NCBI RefSeq assembly: GCF_009914755.1
Contig: NC_060947.1
Source of the DNA: the human T2T-CHM13v2.0 reference genome, Homo sapiens
Reading direction: 5' to 3' (one strand)
Length of the DNA stretch: 64,000 nucleotides
Below the pieces are notes generated by a model. It saw only the letters and a list, made by a program, of their open reading frames with translations. It was not told the origin of the DNA and did no database searches. Position 1 is the first letter of the stretch, and each line of letters starts with the position of its first letter. This document shows, piece by piece, positions 1 to 14,329 of this stretch. Made by a program: the position numbers and the translations under genes.

Positions 1-638
1 TTGATAGTGGTATGGTTGTAACATTTTGTGAGTTTACTATAAACCATGGAATTTGAAAGTATGTGAATTATATCCATCAACAGATGAATAAGTTAACAAA
101 ATGTGTATATACATACAATGGAATATTATTCAGCCATAAAAAGGAATCGAGTAGTTGCACATGCTGCAATTTGGATCAACCTTGAAAACATTATGCTAAA
201 TGAAAAGGCCATATACGGTGTGATTCTACTTATATACTGATGGTTCCAGAACATTGTGAGTGTAATTAATGCCACTGAATTGTACACTTAAAAGTGACGA
301 AAGTGGCAAATCTTATGTTATATATTTTTACAACGATAAAAAAGTAGTAAAAAAATGCTATTAGATCAAAAAGAAGAAGATAGTGATAACACCAAATGCT
401 ACTGAGGACATAGTGAAACTGGATCATTTCTACTTTGCTTTTAGAAATGTAAAATGATACAGCCAGTCTGGAAAATGGTTTGACAATTTATTTGAAAACT
501 AAAAATGGCCTTGCCAATTTGAGCCAGCAATTTCACTCTTAGACACTTACCCAAGATAAGTGAAATTTTATCTTTACAGAAAAAACTGTACATGCATGAT
601 CTTAGCAGCTCTTAATAACCTGAAACTAGAAACAGGCT
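1..638 (+). mobile_element. Old L1M 3' fragments (ORF2 end / 3' UTR)
   Basis: Typical L1M motifs such as 'atccatcaacagatgaat', 'aatggaatattattcagccataaaaagg' and 'aaccttgaaaacattatgctaa'. Boundaries approximate. Confidence 0.7.
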
Positions 639-664
639 ATATTTGTTTCCTATTACTCTTGTAA

Positions 665-1620
665 AAGACGGAAAAGAAAAAGAAATTGTACTAGATTCTT
701 GCCAAAAACAGCAAGAAAAACTTTATTCAAGGCTACTGTAGTAGGGGTTGAGGGAGTACAGGGAATTTTACCCCAAAATATGTCTCCCTGCTTTAATAAG
801 TATTTTGAATTAAAGGCTCTTAGAAATCAACAGGCATTGGAAGAGAATTTTCACCCATCTACATAAAGACCAGAGAAACCCACCAAGAAGAACAATTGAT
901 TTTTTCTTCTCTTCCCTGTTATCCCATTTATTGCAGAAAAGAATACCAAAAATGTAGTCACATCTGAACAGACCTTTTCAGAAGATAATGTCCATCTCTC
1001 AGGCTCATTCAGTTTCCAAAAAGAACCATTTAAAAGTTAATCTCTATTTCCAGATCTATTCATTCTCCCTAGTAATCATTTGTTGTCCCTCAACAGAATT
1101 ACTTATATTTCCTGTCTCCTACCTCTTTTCTGAAATAATGATATGTAAGTATTTGGGCCCCATTGAGATACTGGATCATCACTCTGCGCTTCTCCCTCGT
1201 GTGCGTGTTAATAAATTTGCATGTGATTTGTCCTATTAATCTAACTTTATGAGTTGATTTTTCAGTGAACCTTCCAAAGGCAAAGGGGATGTTTTCCCTT
1301 CACCCCTACAGGGTCAAAACTACTGCAATAAGGGAGAGAGACTAAACCCAACTATAAATACAGCAAGGAAAAGTAGGGACTTACACCTAACAAGCAAAGT
1401 GAGGGAATAGATGGAAAATTACTAAGAGGATCTTGGCTATATATCAGTGATTGGGGGAAGAAGAGCTTGATCATTTGTCAAGGGTAGGATATTCTTGAAA
1501 AACTTGCTTAGCAGGATTATTTGCTAAAACTGGGTTTGGTAGGCCAAGAATGGGGCCCAAGGATGAAGCCTAGTTGAAAAGAGCCTGACTGAGGTTTGGT
1601 CAAGGAGGGAGTCCTTGTCA
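665..1620 (-). mobile_element. MER31-like ERV1 solo LTR (interrupted by 749-1310)
   Basis: The reverse complement begins TGACAAGGACTCCCTCCTTGACCAAACCTCAGTCAGGCTC, resembling the MER31 5' end. Left boundary approximate. Confidence 0.6.
749..1310 (+). mobile_element. ERV1 solo LTR (MER34-like)
   Basis: TG...CA termini, 4-bp TSD gggt (745-748 and 1311-1314), AATAAA near 1210. Subfamily name tentative. Confidence 0.75.
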
Positions 1621-2539
1621 CAATTTATCACAAACTTAGTGGCTTAAAACAATATAAACTTATTATCTTACAGTTCTGAATAGCAAAAGTCTCAAAACAG
1701 GACTCACTGGGATAAAAATGAAAGTTTCACAAGGCTACATTCCTTCTAGAGGCTCTAGGGGAGCATTCATGTCCTTACTTTTTCCAGCTTCAAGAGGCTT
1801 TCTTCATTTCCTGGCTCCTGGTCTGCTTTTATCTTTGAAGCCAGCAATGGCCAGTTGTCTTTCTCGTATCACATTACTCTGACACTGACTCTTCCTCCTT
1901 GTTCTAGACTGTGAGGAATAAATTACTATTGTTTATAAGCTACTCAGTTTATGGATTTTTATTATAGCAGCCCAAATGGACTAAGACACCAACCCAATTC
2001 TGGTAGCCCAGTTTTGAGCTGGGGATTTGATGACAGTAGAGCCTTGAAAATCAGGAAACCTGAATTCCTTGGTTGGTGTGGAAATCCTCTGGGAACAGTG
2101 GTCCTGGCAGTGGTGAAAGGAGGGTCCAGCAACAGCAAATGCCAAGGAATGGACAAACTCAACCATGATGACTAAATTTCTATAGTAAGAAGCCCTCTGG
2201 TTGTAACCATAGTCATTGTCCTTGGCAGGAGCATAGATAAACTGGATGTCTGGATCCCCTTTGGAGACTTTGATTGTTGGTGAGGAGAAAGGAGAAAGTG
2301 CCATGGGACAGAAAGGAACTTGCCATGGAACAGAAAGGAATTTTTCATGAACCAGGAGATAAAGTATTTTACTAGAAGCTTTTAGACACCAGAGACATCC
2401 TCCACTCCCTCAGCCAGAGCTGGATCTTGGGGCTGGTATCTATTTGGAGAGTTAATGTTGGTTTTGTTGTGATATTTATCTTATAACTCTGCCTGGTTTT
2501 GGTAACATTGTTTCATTCTAATATGCCAATTATATCTCA

Positions 2540-5500
2540 GCTGCCTATGACAGCAATAACGGAAAACAAAAAGCTGGCTAAAAAATCTGAAGAGAAAATT
2601 AGGGTATCAGATGTCCACAGGGGGCTCTGAAACGATTGGATGTAATCCTGCAGATAAAGAAGGACATATATATGTGCAAAGCAATACACATGCCCATGAA
2701 AGAACTGAGAAGGTTGTGTCACCTCTGGCTGACCTTAAGGTTCTAGTCTAAGACAGAGATGTAAACTGTCAGCGAGAGCATTGAAGGTGGGCCCCAACAT
2801 GCACACAGAAGCTCAGCAAAAACTGGAGAGATATAGGTCCAAGGTGTTTAAGGAAATTTCTATACAATAATGAACTGACCACTAAACTAACTGAACAGAG
2901 ACTTCAGTGGTCACATATGAAGATTTATACATATTTTACAGAATTTATTCATTTTAAATGGCCAACTTTTGACAAAAACTTAGAAGACATGCAAAGAAAC
3001 AACAAAGCATGGCTCAAACAGGGGTAAAAAAAAGAAATAAATATAAAGTGTTGTTGAGGAAGCCCAGCTGTTGGATGTATTAGGCAAAGATTTAAAACAA
3101 GCTATCTGTAATATATTCTAAGAACTCTAGGAAAGCGTGCCTTAAAAAAGAATGGAAATTGTGAGAACAATGTATTACCAAATAGAGAATGTAAGATTAA
3201 AAATTTTTTTTTAAATAGAAATTTTAGCATTTTAAGTACCATAACTGAAACAAAAGAATTCACTAGAAGATTTCAGCTTCAAATTTCAGCTGGCAGAATA
3301 AATAAGCAGCATATTTAAAGATGAGTCAATAGAGATTACCTAGCCTGAGGAACAAAGAGAAAAGATAATATAGAAAAATAAACAGTGCCTCAGAAACCTA
3401 TGGTGAACCATCAGGCACACATAATTGGTTTTCAAGGAGAGGAGAGAAAGAGGCCAAAAATTTTTTTGAATAATGGCCAGAAACTTCTTTTCATCCATAA
3501 TATTTGTCTGTACATCCAGGAAGTTCGGCAAATTCCAAGTAGGATAAAATCAAAATGACACAAAACTAGACAAATTATAATCAAACTATCGAAAGACAAA
3601 ATTTTGAAAGCAACAAAAGCAAAAGATTCATCACATAGAAGACCCCCTCAGTAAGATTAACAGCTGATTTTTAATTAGAAATTCAATGTTTTTTCATTAT
3701 ACAAAAACACTGTAAAAAATAGGAATAAGAGAAAATGTCCTCATCCTGATAAAGAGAATCTATAGAAAATCTATAGAAAACATCATATTCAATTATGACA
3801 GACTCTAAGCTTTCCAACTCACGAACAAGACAAGGATGTATTCTTTTGCCACTTCCATTCAACACTGGATTGGAATTTCTAACCAAAGCTAAAAGCAATT
3901 TCAGCAATGTTGAATAATGCATTACCAATATGCAAAAATTAATTATATTTCTTCACACTAGCCATGAAATAGCAAAAGATGAAATTAAGTAAGCAAATTC
4001 ATTTACAATAGGATAAAAAATACTTAGAGATGAGTTTAACAAAAGAAGTGCAAGGCTTGTACACTAAAACTACAAAACATTGTCAAAAAGCAGTTAGAAT
4101 ATATAAATAAATGGAACAATATCCTGTGCTCATGGATTATAAGATTTAATTTGGTTAAGATGGCAATAATCCCCAAGTCGATCTAGAGATTCAAAGAAAT
4201 TACTATCAGATCCGCAGCTGACTTCTTTTTAGAAATTGTCAAGATAATCCTAAAATTGATATGGAAACTCAAAGGACCCATAGTAGCCAAATAATGTTGA
4301 AAATGAACTCAGTTGGAAGACATAATTCCTGATTTCAAAACTTCCTGCAAAGCTACAATGATTACGTTGATGTGGTACTGCCATAGAAATAGAAATATGG
4401 ATTAAAGGAACATAATTCAGAGTCCAGAAGTAAACCTTTATGTTATGGTCAATGTATTTTTCACCAGGATGCCAAGAAAACTCAATGGCAAAAGACTGAA
4501 ATTCAAAACATGGTGCTGGCACAACTGGATATTCACATACAAGATGATGAATTTAGATGGCTACCTCATACCGCTATAAAATTAACCCCAAATATATCAT
4601 AGACATAAATATGAGGTAAAAGTATAAAACGCTTAGAAATAAAACATAAAAGTAAATATTCATGACCTTGGATTATGCAGTGGTTTCTTAGCTATGACAT
4701 CAAAAGCACAAGTGACTGAAGAAAAAAATAGATTGGACTTCATGAACAATAAAAACGTTTGAGCTGCAAATGATACCACCAAGGAAGTGAAGAACAACCT
4801 ACAAAATGGCAGATGATATTTGCAAATCATATATCTGTAATGAAGCTTGTGTTCCAAATATAGTAAGAACTCTTACAACTCAAAATTTAAAAGACAATAA
4901 TCCAATCAAAACTTTGCAATGGATCTCAATACATATTTATCCTAAAAAGATATACAAATGCCAATAAGCATATTCAAGGATGCTCAATGTCATTAGTTAT
5001 TAGAGAAATGCAAATAAAAAATGATATATCACTTCCCTTCTACTAGGAAGGCTAAAGTAAACAAGACATAACTGGGCATGGTGACTCACACCTGTAGTCT
5101 TAGCTACTGAGGTGGGAGGATCACTTGAGCCCATGAGTTAGAGGTTACAGTGAGCTATGATCACATCATTACACTCCAGCCTTGGTGACAAAGTGAGACC
5201 CTGTACTTTAAAAACCATAAATAAAGTAAACAAGACAGACAGAAATGAGTGCTGGTGAAGAAGTGATGGCATTGAAAGAAACCCAGAGGATGAAAAAATG
5301 TTTTTAAATCATTTATCTCTTAAGTGTCTAGTACCTTGAATATATAAAGAGCTCATCATTCAATAATAAAAGGGAATAACTGAATTTAAAATGAGCAAAA
5401 GAGTTAATGGACATTTATCCAAAGAATATATAGAAATTACCAAGAAGCAGCATTATTCATAATAAACAAAAGTTGAAACAACCCCAATGTCCATCAGTTG

Positions 5501-5900
5501 ATGAATGTGGTATATCCATATACATTCTAATGTTATTGAGCAGTAAAAGAGAGTGAAATACTGATACAGACTACAACATGGATGAACCTTGAAAATATTA
5601 TGCTTAGTGAAAAAAGCCAGACACAAAAGGCACTTACCGTATGATTCCATCTATATAAAATTTCCATAACAGGGAAATACATAAAGAGTCATTATCACCT
5701 GAGGGTAGGAATTAAGAGAAGCAAAGAATGATTGATAATTGGCATTAGGTTTCTTTTTGTGGTGATGGAAATCTTCTAGAATTATAAAGAATTATATAGT
5801 GACAGTCGTGTCACAACTTTGTGATATACTAAAAACCACTGAATTACACATATTACATTGGTGACTTTTGTTGTATGTGAACTGTATCTCAACAAAAATT
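2540..5900 (+). mobile_element. Degraded old L1M (ORF1/ORF2 remnants and 3' UTR)
   Basis: A-rich plus strand with decayed ORF2-like segments (e.g. 4050-5040) and an L1M 3' UTR ending near 5900. Confidence 0.75.
5071..5221 (+). mobile_element. Alu monomer (FRAM-like)
   Basis: Right-arm Alu sequence with 16-bp TSD taaagtaaacaagaca (5053-5068 and 5222-5237). Confidence 0.85.
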
Positions 5901-5904
5901 GTTC

Positions 5905-6940
5905 AAAATCATAACATTTATGAGATATATCCATGTTTGTGTACATGCCAATAATTAATTTTATTTCTGAGTAATATTTTAACATATAAAAGTACTAAAA
6001 ATTGCTTATCCATTCTCCTATAGGAGGTCACTTTGGATCGTTTTCGATCCTTGGCTATTATGTACATGTGAATATATGAAAATTATTTACAATTCTATTT
6101 TTGGGCCTACATCTTCATTTCTTTTTGGTAAACTCCTGTGGATGAAATTGCTGGATCATGGGGTAAATGCATATTTAACACATAAAGAACTGCCATACTG
6201 TTTTCCAGAATATTTGCACAATTTTACAGTCTCACCAGCAAAGTGATAGAGATCAGTTGTTCCAAATCCTCACCAACACTTAATGTGGACAGGTTTTAAA
6301 AATTTTAGTCAGTCTGGTAGGTGTATAGTCATATTTTATTGTGGCTTTATCTTGCATTTATCTGATAACTAATAATGTTAATCACCATTTTGTCTGCCTA
6401 TTGGACATTGTCATATCTTCCTTTGTGAAGTGTATGTTCAACTATTTTTAATTGGGTTCTTTGTACTTTTTAATTAAATTTTAGTACTTCTTTATATATT
6501 CTGGACATAAGTTTTTGTAAGATACAGCTATTGCAAATATTTTCCTCGAGGCTGTAGCATACCTTTTCATTTCATTAATCATGTTTACTAGTAGCTTTTT
6601 ATTTTGAAATAATTCCAAATTTACAGGAAAATTTCAAGAATAGTGCAAAGAACTCCCATATAACTTTTAACCAAATTTTCCAGTTGTTAACATTATACCG
6701 ATTTTTCTTTTTCCATTGTCTATGTATCTATCAGAGCTATCTGTTACAGCTGTCTCTCTATCATAGTTCCTATCTCCGTGTAGTGTTTTCTCAACCAATT
6801 GAGAATAAGTTACAGACCTGTTGCCCAGTTGCATCTAATTACATCAGTGCGTTTTTCTTAAAATACAAGAGCACGTTCCTACCAAATCACAGCACAATAA
6901 TGTAAATCAGAATGCTACCATTGATACGTTGATATTTCCT
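5905..6940 (-). mobile_element. Old L1M fragments, antisense
   Basis: T-rich L1 3' motifs such as 'gaaattgctggatcatgg', 'cctcaccaacact' and 'ttgtgaagtgtatgttcaa'. Confidence 0.7.
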
Positions 6941-7372
6941 TAGATTGATAAAAATATAAATATCTCAACCCAAATGCCAATATCATGCTTAATGAGAAAA
7001 TACTGAAGCCGCTTAATAGAAACAAAAATGAAATGATGTTCCTTATCATCATGAGTATTTAACATTGTTATGAATGTACTAGATAACACAATTAGAGATG
7101 GAAAAAATAATTGGCATAAAATGGAGTTGTTAAATTTTAAAGTTGATAAAATTTGGTAAACTACCATTATATCGAAGATACTTTTTTTTAAACCTGGAAA
7201 CTCAAAAAAAAAATCAAATGATAAACTATTTAAAATTGTTAAGGGAAATCAGAAATTTGAATGAGTATCAAATTAATATACAGAAAACTATTATTTAAGT
7301 ATGTGTTAAAAACCTTTAAGGAATATAATGACAATAAACAGCTTATTTGAAATAATAAAAATGAAATAGGCT

Positions 7373-7653
7373 GGCCGGGCACGGTGGCTCACGCCTGTAA
7401 TCCCAGCACTTTGGGAGGCCGAGGAGGGCGGATCACGACGTCGGGAGATCGAGACCATCCTGGCTAACATGGTGAAACCCCGTCTCTACTAAAAATACAG
7501 AAAAATTAGCCGGACGTGGTGGTGGGCGTCTGTAGTCCCAGCTACTGGGGAGGCTGAGGCGGGAGAATGGCGTGAACCCAGGAGGCGGAACTTGCAGTGA
7601 GCCGAATAGTGCCGCTGCACTCCAGCCTGGGCGACGGAGCGAGACTCCGTCTC

Positions 7654-7682
<29 letters not shown>
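7373..7682 (+). mobile_element. AluY, full length, long A tail
   Basis: AluY diagnostics (gagaccatcctggctaac, ggagaatggcgtgaacc), many CpGs retained, pure A tail of about 29 nt, TSD gaaataggc. Confidence 0.95.
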
Positions 7683-7684
<2 letters not shown>

Positions 7685-9385
7685 AATAGGCAAGAATAAA
7701 CCAAATACAAAATATACAAGATCTATATGGATAAAACATTATAAAGCTTTGAAAGATACACAAGAATACTTGGTGATCTGAAAAGATATGGATAATATGC
7801 CTCAATATTATAAAGATGCAATAATTCCTAAATCATTCTGTATGTATAATATAATACAATTGTAAGTAGTGCAATATTTTTTGGATCTAAATAAGCTGCT
7901 TCTAAAATCCACACGGAAAATAAGTGTGCAAAGATAGCTGGAAAAATTCTGGAAAAGATGAATAATTTCATTGTGACATTTCCTACAAGTTTTCAAAAAT
8001 AAAATGTATGTGAAATAATTAAAATTTTGGTTCTCACACATTAATAGATGTACCTATGAATAGAATAAAAGGTCCAGAAACAGATCCATACAATATAAAT
8101 TATCGATTTTCTTTTCTAGATTCCTGTGTTTTATATCAGACTTAAAACAAGTTTTCTCCAATCTATGACATGAAGAAAAATTCTGTAATTTTCACATTTC
8201 ATTTTTTAATTAAAAAATAACTTCATGGCAACAGAAAATCCATAAAGTCAATAGACAAATGGCAAACATGAAAACATTGTTGCACTGCATGTCACAAAGT
8301 CTAATTTTCTTAACAGTCGTTTCTAGAAGAAAGAGGTTAACAAATATTTTTGACAGACTTTTGGGTGTAGGGGAAGAAAAACCTGAGTCCAAGGCTTTCC
8401 AAGGTGGGGTGTGACATGACCCCACACTTTGGATTGGGAACCAAAAGGGCTAAATATAGAAGAGCTTCTGTAAAGAAGAACATAAACGTAAAAGGAAAAT
8501 GAAAAGTGAATATAAACTGAGTTCATAGAAAAATATAGAATAGGCTATTTTATATATATATATAAAATATATATATATAATGTAACTCAGTTTATATTCA
8601 TGATAATAAAGTGGCAAATTATTAACCAGAGATACAATTATACTTCACCATATTACCAAAATTTGAAGGGCTTGATAACATGTTCTTAGTTGGTAAAAAT
8701 GTGGAGCAACAGGCATTAAATTTGCAGAACTTGTATGAAGCACAATTTAACATTATCCATCAAATTTTTTGAATGGACATAACTTCTATGTCCAATAATG
8801 ACAAGACAGAAGACTCAGACCAATAATCCAACTGAGAAAAAATATAAAAGCTAAACAAAATATTTAAATACATTTCTCATACTTAAATAGATGTATCTAA
8901 GAGTGTATATATTGATATAATTAGAGACATTGGAGAGCTATTAGGATAATGAAGAATTAAGGATCCAAGACAAGATATGGGAAAGCAGAAAACCCAGAAG
9001 ATCCAGAGCAGTAAGCCCAGCTGGAAATGTCCATCTATTTCAGAAGAGGGAGGTTGAGGAATATTTCAGTAAGTTTGTGGCATGTGGAGACAAAAACTTG
9101 AGTTCAAGGCCTACCAAGGGGAGTGTAATAAATGCCTACAGTTTGGTTTGGAAACACAAAAAGCTAAACACTAGGAGTAAGAGGAAAACAAGAAGTAGAT
9201 GTGCTCCCACAAGGGATGAGGTCAAACTTGAAATAATCTCAATATCTGAAAATGGTCAGATGTGATGCAAGAATGTCAGTGTCCCTAGCCACTTGCCAGA
9301 AGCAAATGTAACTCTTCTCTGAAGGAAGATATCATCATATGCCAGAAATTATTTCCATAATTTTTCATATACAATTAGAAGTATT

Positions 9386-9836
9386 TGTATTAGTCAGGGT
9401 TCTCTTAGAGGGACAGAACTAATAGGATATATGTGTTTATATATATGTGTTTATATATATATGTTTATTAAGTATTAACTTATGTGATCACAAGGTCCCA
9501 CAATAGGCTGTCTGCAAGCTGAGGAGCAAGGAGAGCCAGTCGGAGTCCCAAAACTGAAGAACTTGGAGTCTGATGTTTGAGGGCAGGAAGCATCCAGCAG
9601 GGAAGAAAAATATAGGCTGAGAGGCTACGCCCATCTCTCCTTTTCACGTTTTTCTGCCTGCTTTATATTTGCTGGTGGCTGATTAGATGGTGCCCACCGG
9701 ATTAAGGGTGGGTCTGCCTTCACTAGCTCACTGACTCAAATGTTAATCTCCTTTGACAACACCCTCACAGACACAACCAGGATCAATATTGCATCCTTCA
9801 ATCCAATCAAGTTGACACTCAGTATTAACCATCACA
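9386..9836 (-). mobile_element. MLT2A (ERVL) solo LTR
   Basis: tgtattagtcagggttctc...ttaaccatcaca termini, 5-bp TSD gtatt (9381-9385 and 9837-9841). Confidence 0.9.
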
Positions 9837-9839
9837 GTA

Positions 9840-11179
9840 TTCAATCAAACATAACTAAGGAAATTAAAAGACTAGAAAACATTAGTGAAATCAGAGAAAC
9901 AATGGATAATGGAAATCGATATGTAGTAGCAGAATATAAGAGTTAACAGAATATATTAGCTATACTGAATATGCTCAAGGACATAGAATAAAATATAAAT
10001 TTTTGTCACAAGCTGAAAACTTCAACAAATGATTAAGCAGAAAGTGTAGAACTATAAATCTAAAATAAACATTAATAACTCAATAATTGGTTTAACAGAG
10101 GGTTACACAGTAAAAAGAGAATTTAGCAAACTGAAAGATAAATCCTAAGAGAATATTCACAAATACATAGAGGCAAATGGATGGAAAATATATAATAAGA
10201 GACATAGAGACTATAGCTAAAGATGGCAACAATATGTAATTGGAATCCCAGAAGGAAAGGAGATAAAGAATGAGGCAAAAATCACTATTTTAATAAATAA
10301 TAGATGAGAATTTTCCAAAACTGGAAACCGCGAAGCTACAGATTCAAAAATTACTATGCACATCAAGCATGTAATTATAAAGAAAGCCACAAATAAATAC
10401 ACAAAAATATATTCAACATCATCCTTCAGGGAAATACAAATTAAAACAGTCTGAGATATCACCAAATAATATCAGCATAGCTAAAACACAAAAGAGTGAC
10501 AATACCAAAAGCTGGCAAAGATGTGGAGAAAGCAGATAAGTCATATATTGCTGGTGGGGATATAAAATGGTACAGTCTTAAAGTATTCTGGATCATATCC
10601 AGAATGCAAAAAGAATTTATATAATAAATTAAACTAGAAGACAACATTCACAAAAGTGAATATCCAAATGTCCAATAAATGTAGGAAAAGATAGTTAATC
10701 TAATTAGTCATTAGGCAAATTCCAATTAAAATCACAGTGAGATAATGGTACACAGCATTTAGACTGTAATTCTGTAATTTTCAATAGTGACATTACCAAG
10801 TGTTATAGTATACAAAGCAATACAAATCCTATACACTGCTGGTGAGTTAGAAAATTGGTACTACTCTTGACAGTACTTGCTAAAGCTGAACATACATCCT
10901 ATGACTAGAATATTGACTTCTACGTGTATACCTAACAGAAACATTTATACACATGCACCAAAAAACTGATAAGAATATTCATAGCAATATCCTTAGTAAT
11001 AGATTAAAACTTGAAATAAGCGCAATATCCCATCAATAGTAAGATAGATAAATTATGGTTATTCTTATATTTGAATATTATATAGCAATGAAAGAGATGA
11101 ACTTGCAACAACATGGAAAAATCTCACAATTGCTATATTAATTAAGGAAGTAATACATGTAATCAAATTGTACAGAACT

Positions 11180-11218
<39 letters not shown>

Positions 11219-11410
11219 TGAGTACAAGTAAAACTGAGGAAAGCTGAATAAGATAGGTGGATTGTATCAATGTCAATATATTGGTTGTGATTTTGTACAA
11301 TAGTTTTGCAAGATCTTACCATTGAAGGGAACTGTATAAAGGTATGTGGGATGTCTATATTCTTTTTTAAAATTTCGCATGAATCTATGATTATTTCAAA
11401 AGAAAATGTA
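9840..11410 (+). mobile_element. Old L1M/HAL1-like fragments with an L1MC/ME-type 3' UTR
   Basis: Decayed ORF1-like segment (about 9900-10380) followed by L1 ORF2-end and 3' UTR motifs, with a (CA)n tract at about 11182-11217. Confidence 0.6.
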
Positions 11411-12107
11411 TAGGAATAAAAACGGGCCACATTATATGAAGTCATTGCCTTTAATGGTAATTATCATACTAGCAAAAGACTATTTTCAAGGGAATAATTA
11501 TACTCATGTATTTGTATTCATTACCCATAGTTGATGATACCACTGATAACTAGATTCCATCTTTTTGCTAAGACATTACTCAGATATTTTTGAAATTAAT
11601 AGAGGTGATCAAGGATTTCCATTCTTGACCTATCTGACAATCATTGTTCTTTTAGATTGCAGGATATTCCCCAAAATAAAATAGATGATTGGAGATCATT
11701 TAGCTGATTCCTAGTATAGTGACTTTTGGATACATGCAACCCACAGTCTATTCCCTGCAAAAGAATTCTTATGGGTCCACAGTCCTCATATTGGGAGTCC
11801 ATTTTTTTTCAAAACTTTAAAAAATGTAAAATCATGTGTATTGAGATAAAAAATGGCAAGGGCATTATTTTGTCCTAAAATATGTATATATCTGCTAAAA
11901 GACATAATTGGAAATTATCAAAACAAAGAAGAAAACAACACACAATATTTATTTTGGGTCTCTGAATCTGTTTTTACTATATTGGAAAAAAATAAACAAG
12001 AATTATATTTCAAAATATCTTAAGACTCATCTTGGTATCTCATTCATAACCATACACATAACAGGTGAGTTTCTGTTATTGAATGAATAAATAATTGAAC
12101 ATATTTC

Positions 12108-12401
12108 TTTTTTTTTTTTTTTTTTTTTTGAGACAGTGTCTTGCTCTGTAGACCAGGCTGGAGTAGAGTAGTGCCATCACTGCTCACTGCAGCCTTGACT
12201 TTCCAGGCTCAAGCAATCCCCCGACTTCAACTTTCCAAGTAGCTCAGACTACAGGAGCACACCACTACAACTGGCTAATTTTTGTAGAAATGGGGTTTCT
12301 CCATGTTACCCAGGCTGGCTCAAACTCCTGGGCTCAAGCTATCTGCCTACCTTAGCCTCCCAAAGTGCTAGAATAACACTCAGGAGGCTCTGTGTCCAGC
12401 C
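12108..12401 (-). mobile_element. AluJ
   Basis: Poly-T followed by the Alu reverse complement, 15-bp TSD aattgaacatatttc (12093-12107 and 12402-12416). Confidence 0.92.
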
Positions 12402-13010
12402 AATTGAACATATTTCAATTGACTTTATAAGACTAGGCAGTCTGATGAAAAAAATATTTTTTAAAAAAATTTCTGGAGGGCTTAGGAGCCTGGCTAGATT
12501 AAAGAAGTCTCATGAACAGCAAAAGTAGAAGGTAATGCTAGACAGTTAAGGACCTGGATTGCATAGACACATTGAATACCACATTGGAAAGGTTGACTTT
12601 TATGTGATAGACACTGGGGAGGCCCGATTAGTGAAGTAAAAATATAATAATTTTCTTTTAAGTAAAATAACTGATGTGTAGGAACTTCATCATATGTGAA
12701 TCCAATAGGAGAATGAATAAATCAGATAAATTTCACACATTCTGCTTCTCCATTTGTGCCACTGGTCTTTAATAACATTATATAAATAAGGGACACATTC
12801 AGGGAGAATTTTAGTTCCTGAAAACAGCAACAGTTTGGTAGAGAAGCTTCCTTCTGTCTTACATTGCATATAGCCCAACCCCAGCCAAAGCCAGTGATGG
12901 ATATTGACTGTAGTGATCATGGATTCTCATCTTTGGGAAAAATAATACTCAAGATCTTAAAAACAATAGTTATTTTTCAAATAAACTAAAGCATTTCTCA
13001 GCATTCATGC

Positions 13011-13013
<3 letters not shown>

Positions 13014-13050
<37 letters not shown>
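13014..13050. repeat. (TG)n microsatellite
   Basis: Direct reading. Confidence 0.95.
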
Positions 13051-13053
<3 letters not shown>

Positions 13054-13660
13054 CACATATATGTATTTATACTTTTGGAAAATTAGGGAGCATAGAATGA
13101 CACTAGGAGCCAGATTTTGCATGAGCAAAGGATCAAGGGAGAAACTAAAGAAACCCCTGGTACTTAAGTATTACCAAAAAATGATAATTCCATGATCACT
13201 GCTTATAATAGTGTTTTATAAGAAGATTCTGAGAAACAATAAGCCAGAGGACTCCTGCATATTAATTGACAAACACTGATAATACATGATTTTATAGAGA
13301 GAGACTTGAGAATGCAGAGAATATGTGACATCTTCAAATACACACGGTGACTTTTAACATTTCTAAAATCAGGATAGAAAGAATCAAATCTTACTCTACC
13401 CCACCCAATTGATCACTGACACTTGCTCTGAAAATTACATGGTAAATGTGGCTATTTTTTTGCCACAAAATATAAAATTCTATTAGATATTGTTACTGAA
13501 CAGAAGGATAGTTGATAGAAAAGTCCATAATGCATAATAATTACCAAGGATTCAATATAAAACTCTTTAGAAGTCAGGATAAGGTAATTGATGTTCTTCA
13601 GGTATTGAGCATGGTCTATAACATGATTTAAGATTGTGGCTGACTTTTGGGGATGAGGAA

Positions 13661-14032
13661 GTACTATGGTCTGAATGTTTGTGTCACCACCTAAATTAAT
13701 ATGTTAAAGTTCTAGCCCCCAAACTAAGTGTATTAGGAGGAGGAAACTTTGGGAGGTGATTAGTGCGCTATTCTCATAAAGGGGATTAGTGCCCTAATAA
13801 AAGAAGCCTGATAAAGCTCTGAGAGAGCTCCCTTATCCTTCTAACCTGTGAAATTACAGTGAAAACATGGGCATCCATGAAACAGGAAGTAGGCCCTCAC
13901 CAGACCACCAAATCTGCTAGCACCATGATCTTGGACTTCCTAGCCTCCAGAATGGCGAGAAATAAACGTTTGTTGTTTATAAGCCACCCGGTTTATGATA
14001 TTTTTGTTATAGCAGCCCTGATAGACTGAAAA
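13661..14032 (+). mobile_element. MLT1A/MST-type MaLR LTR
   Basis: 'tactatggtctgaatgtttgtgtc' start, 'ttggacttcctagcctccagaa', 'aataaacgtttgttgtttataagccacc'. Confidence 0.8.
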
Positions 14033-14329
14033 CAGAAAGTATTCTTTTCTCTTTATGTTTGATCTTCTTGGCATAACAAATTAAATCTTGTTGTAAGAAA
14101 TTAAATCCGCCAAATTAAGTTGTACACAGTAGAAATTGTGGAAAACAAACTAATAAAAGGCTTATTGTTGGAGAATAAAAAACACCAACCTCAGTTATCA
14201 CAAAAGGAATGATTAGTTTAATTCAATTAAAACTACAGGCAATTTAAGAATATCATGATGATCTGCAAAAGGACCATGTACCAGATATATCACCTTGTTT
14301 GCACTCTTTCCCCTGTCCTCACCTAGTAC

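Larger units (their letters stand above)
639..1900 (-). mobile_element. MLT1-type MaLR LTR, split by nested ERV1 LTRs
   Basis: 'tttgtttcctattactcttgtaa' at about 640-663 continues as 'caatttatcacaaacttagtggcttaaaacaa' at 1621, matching the MLT1 terminus in reverse orientation. Confidence 0.65.

Noticed and set aside
1981-2304. 107-aa minus-strand ORF in apparently unique sequence, with a 22-bp tandem duplication at 2299-2342
   Set aside because: I recognise no family, and there is no promoter or splice evidence. A BLAST search would be needed.
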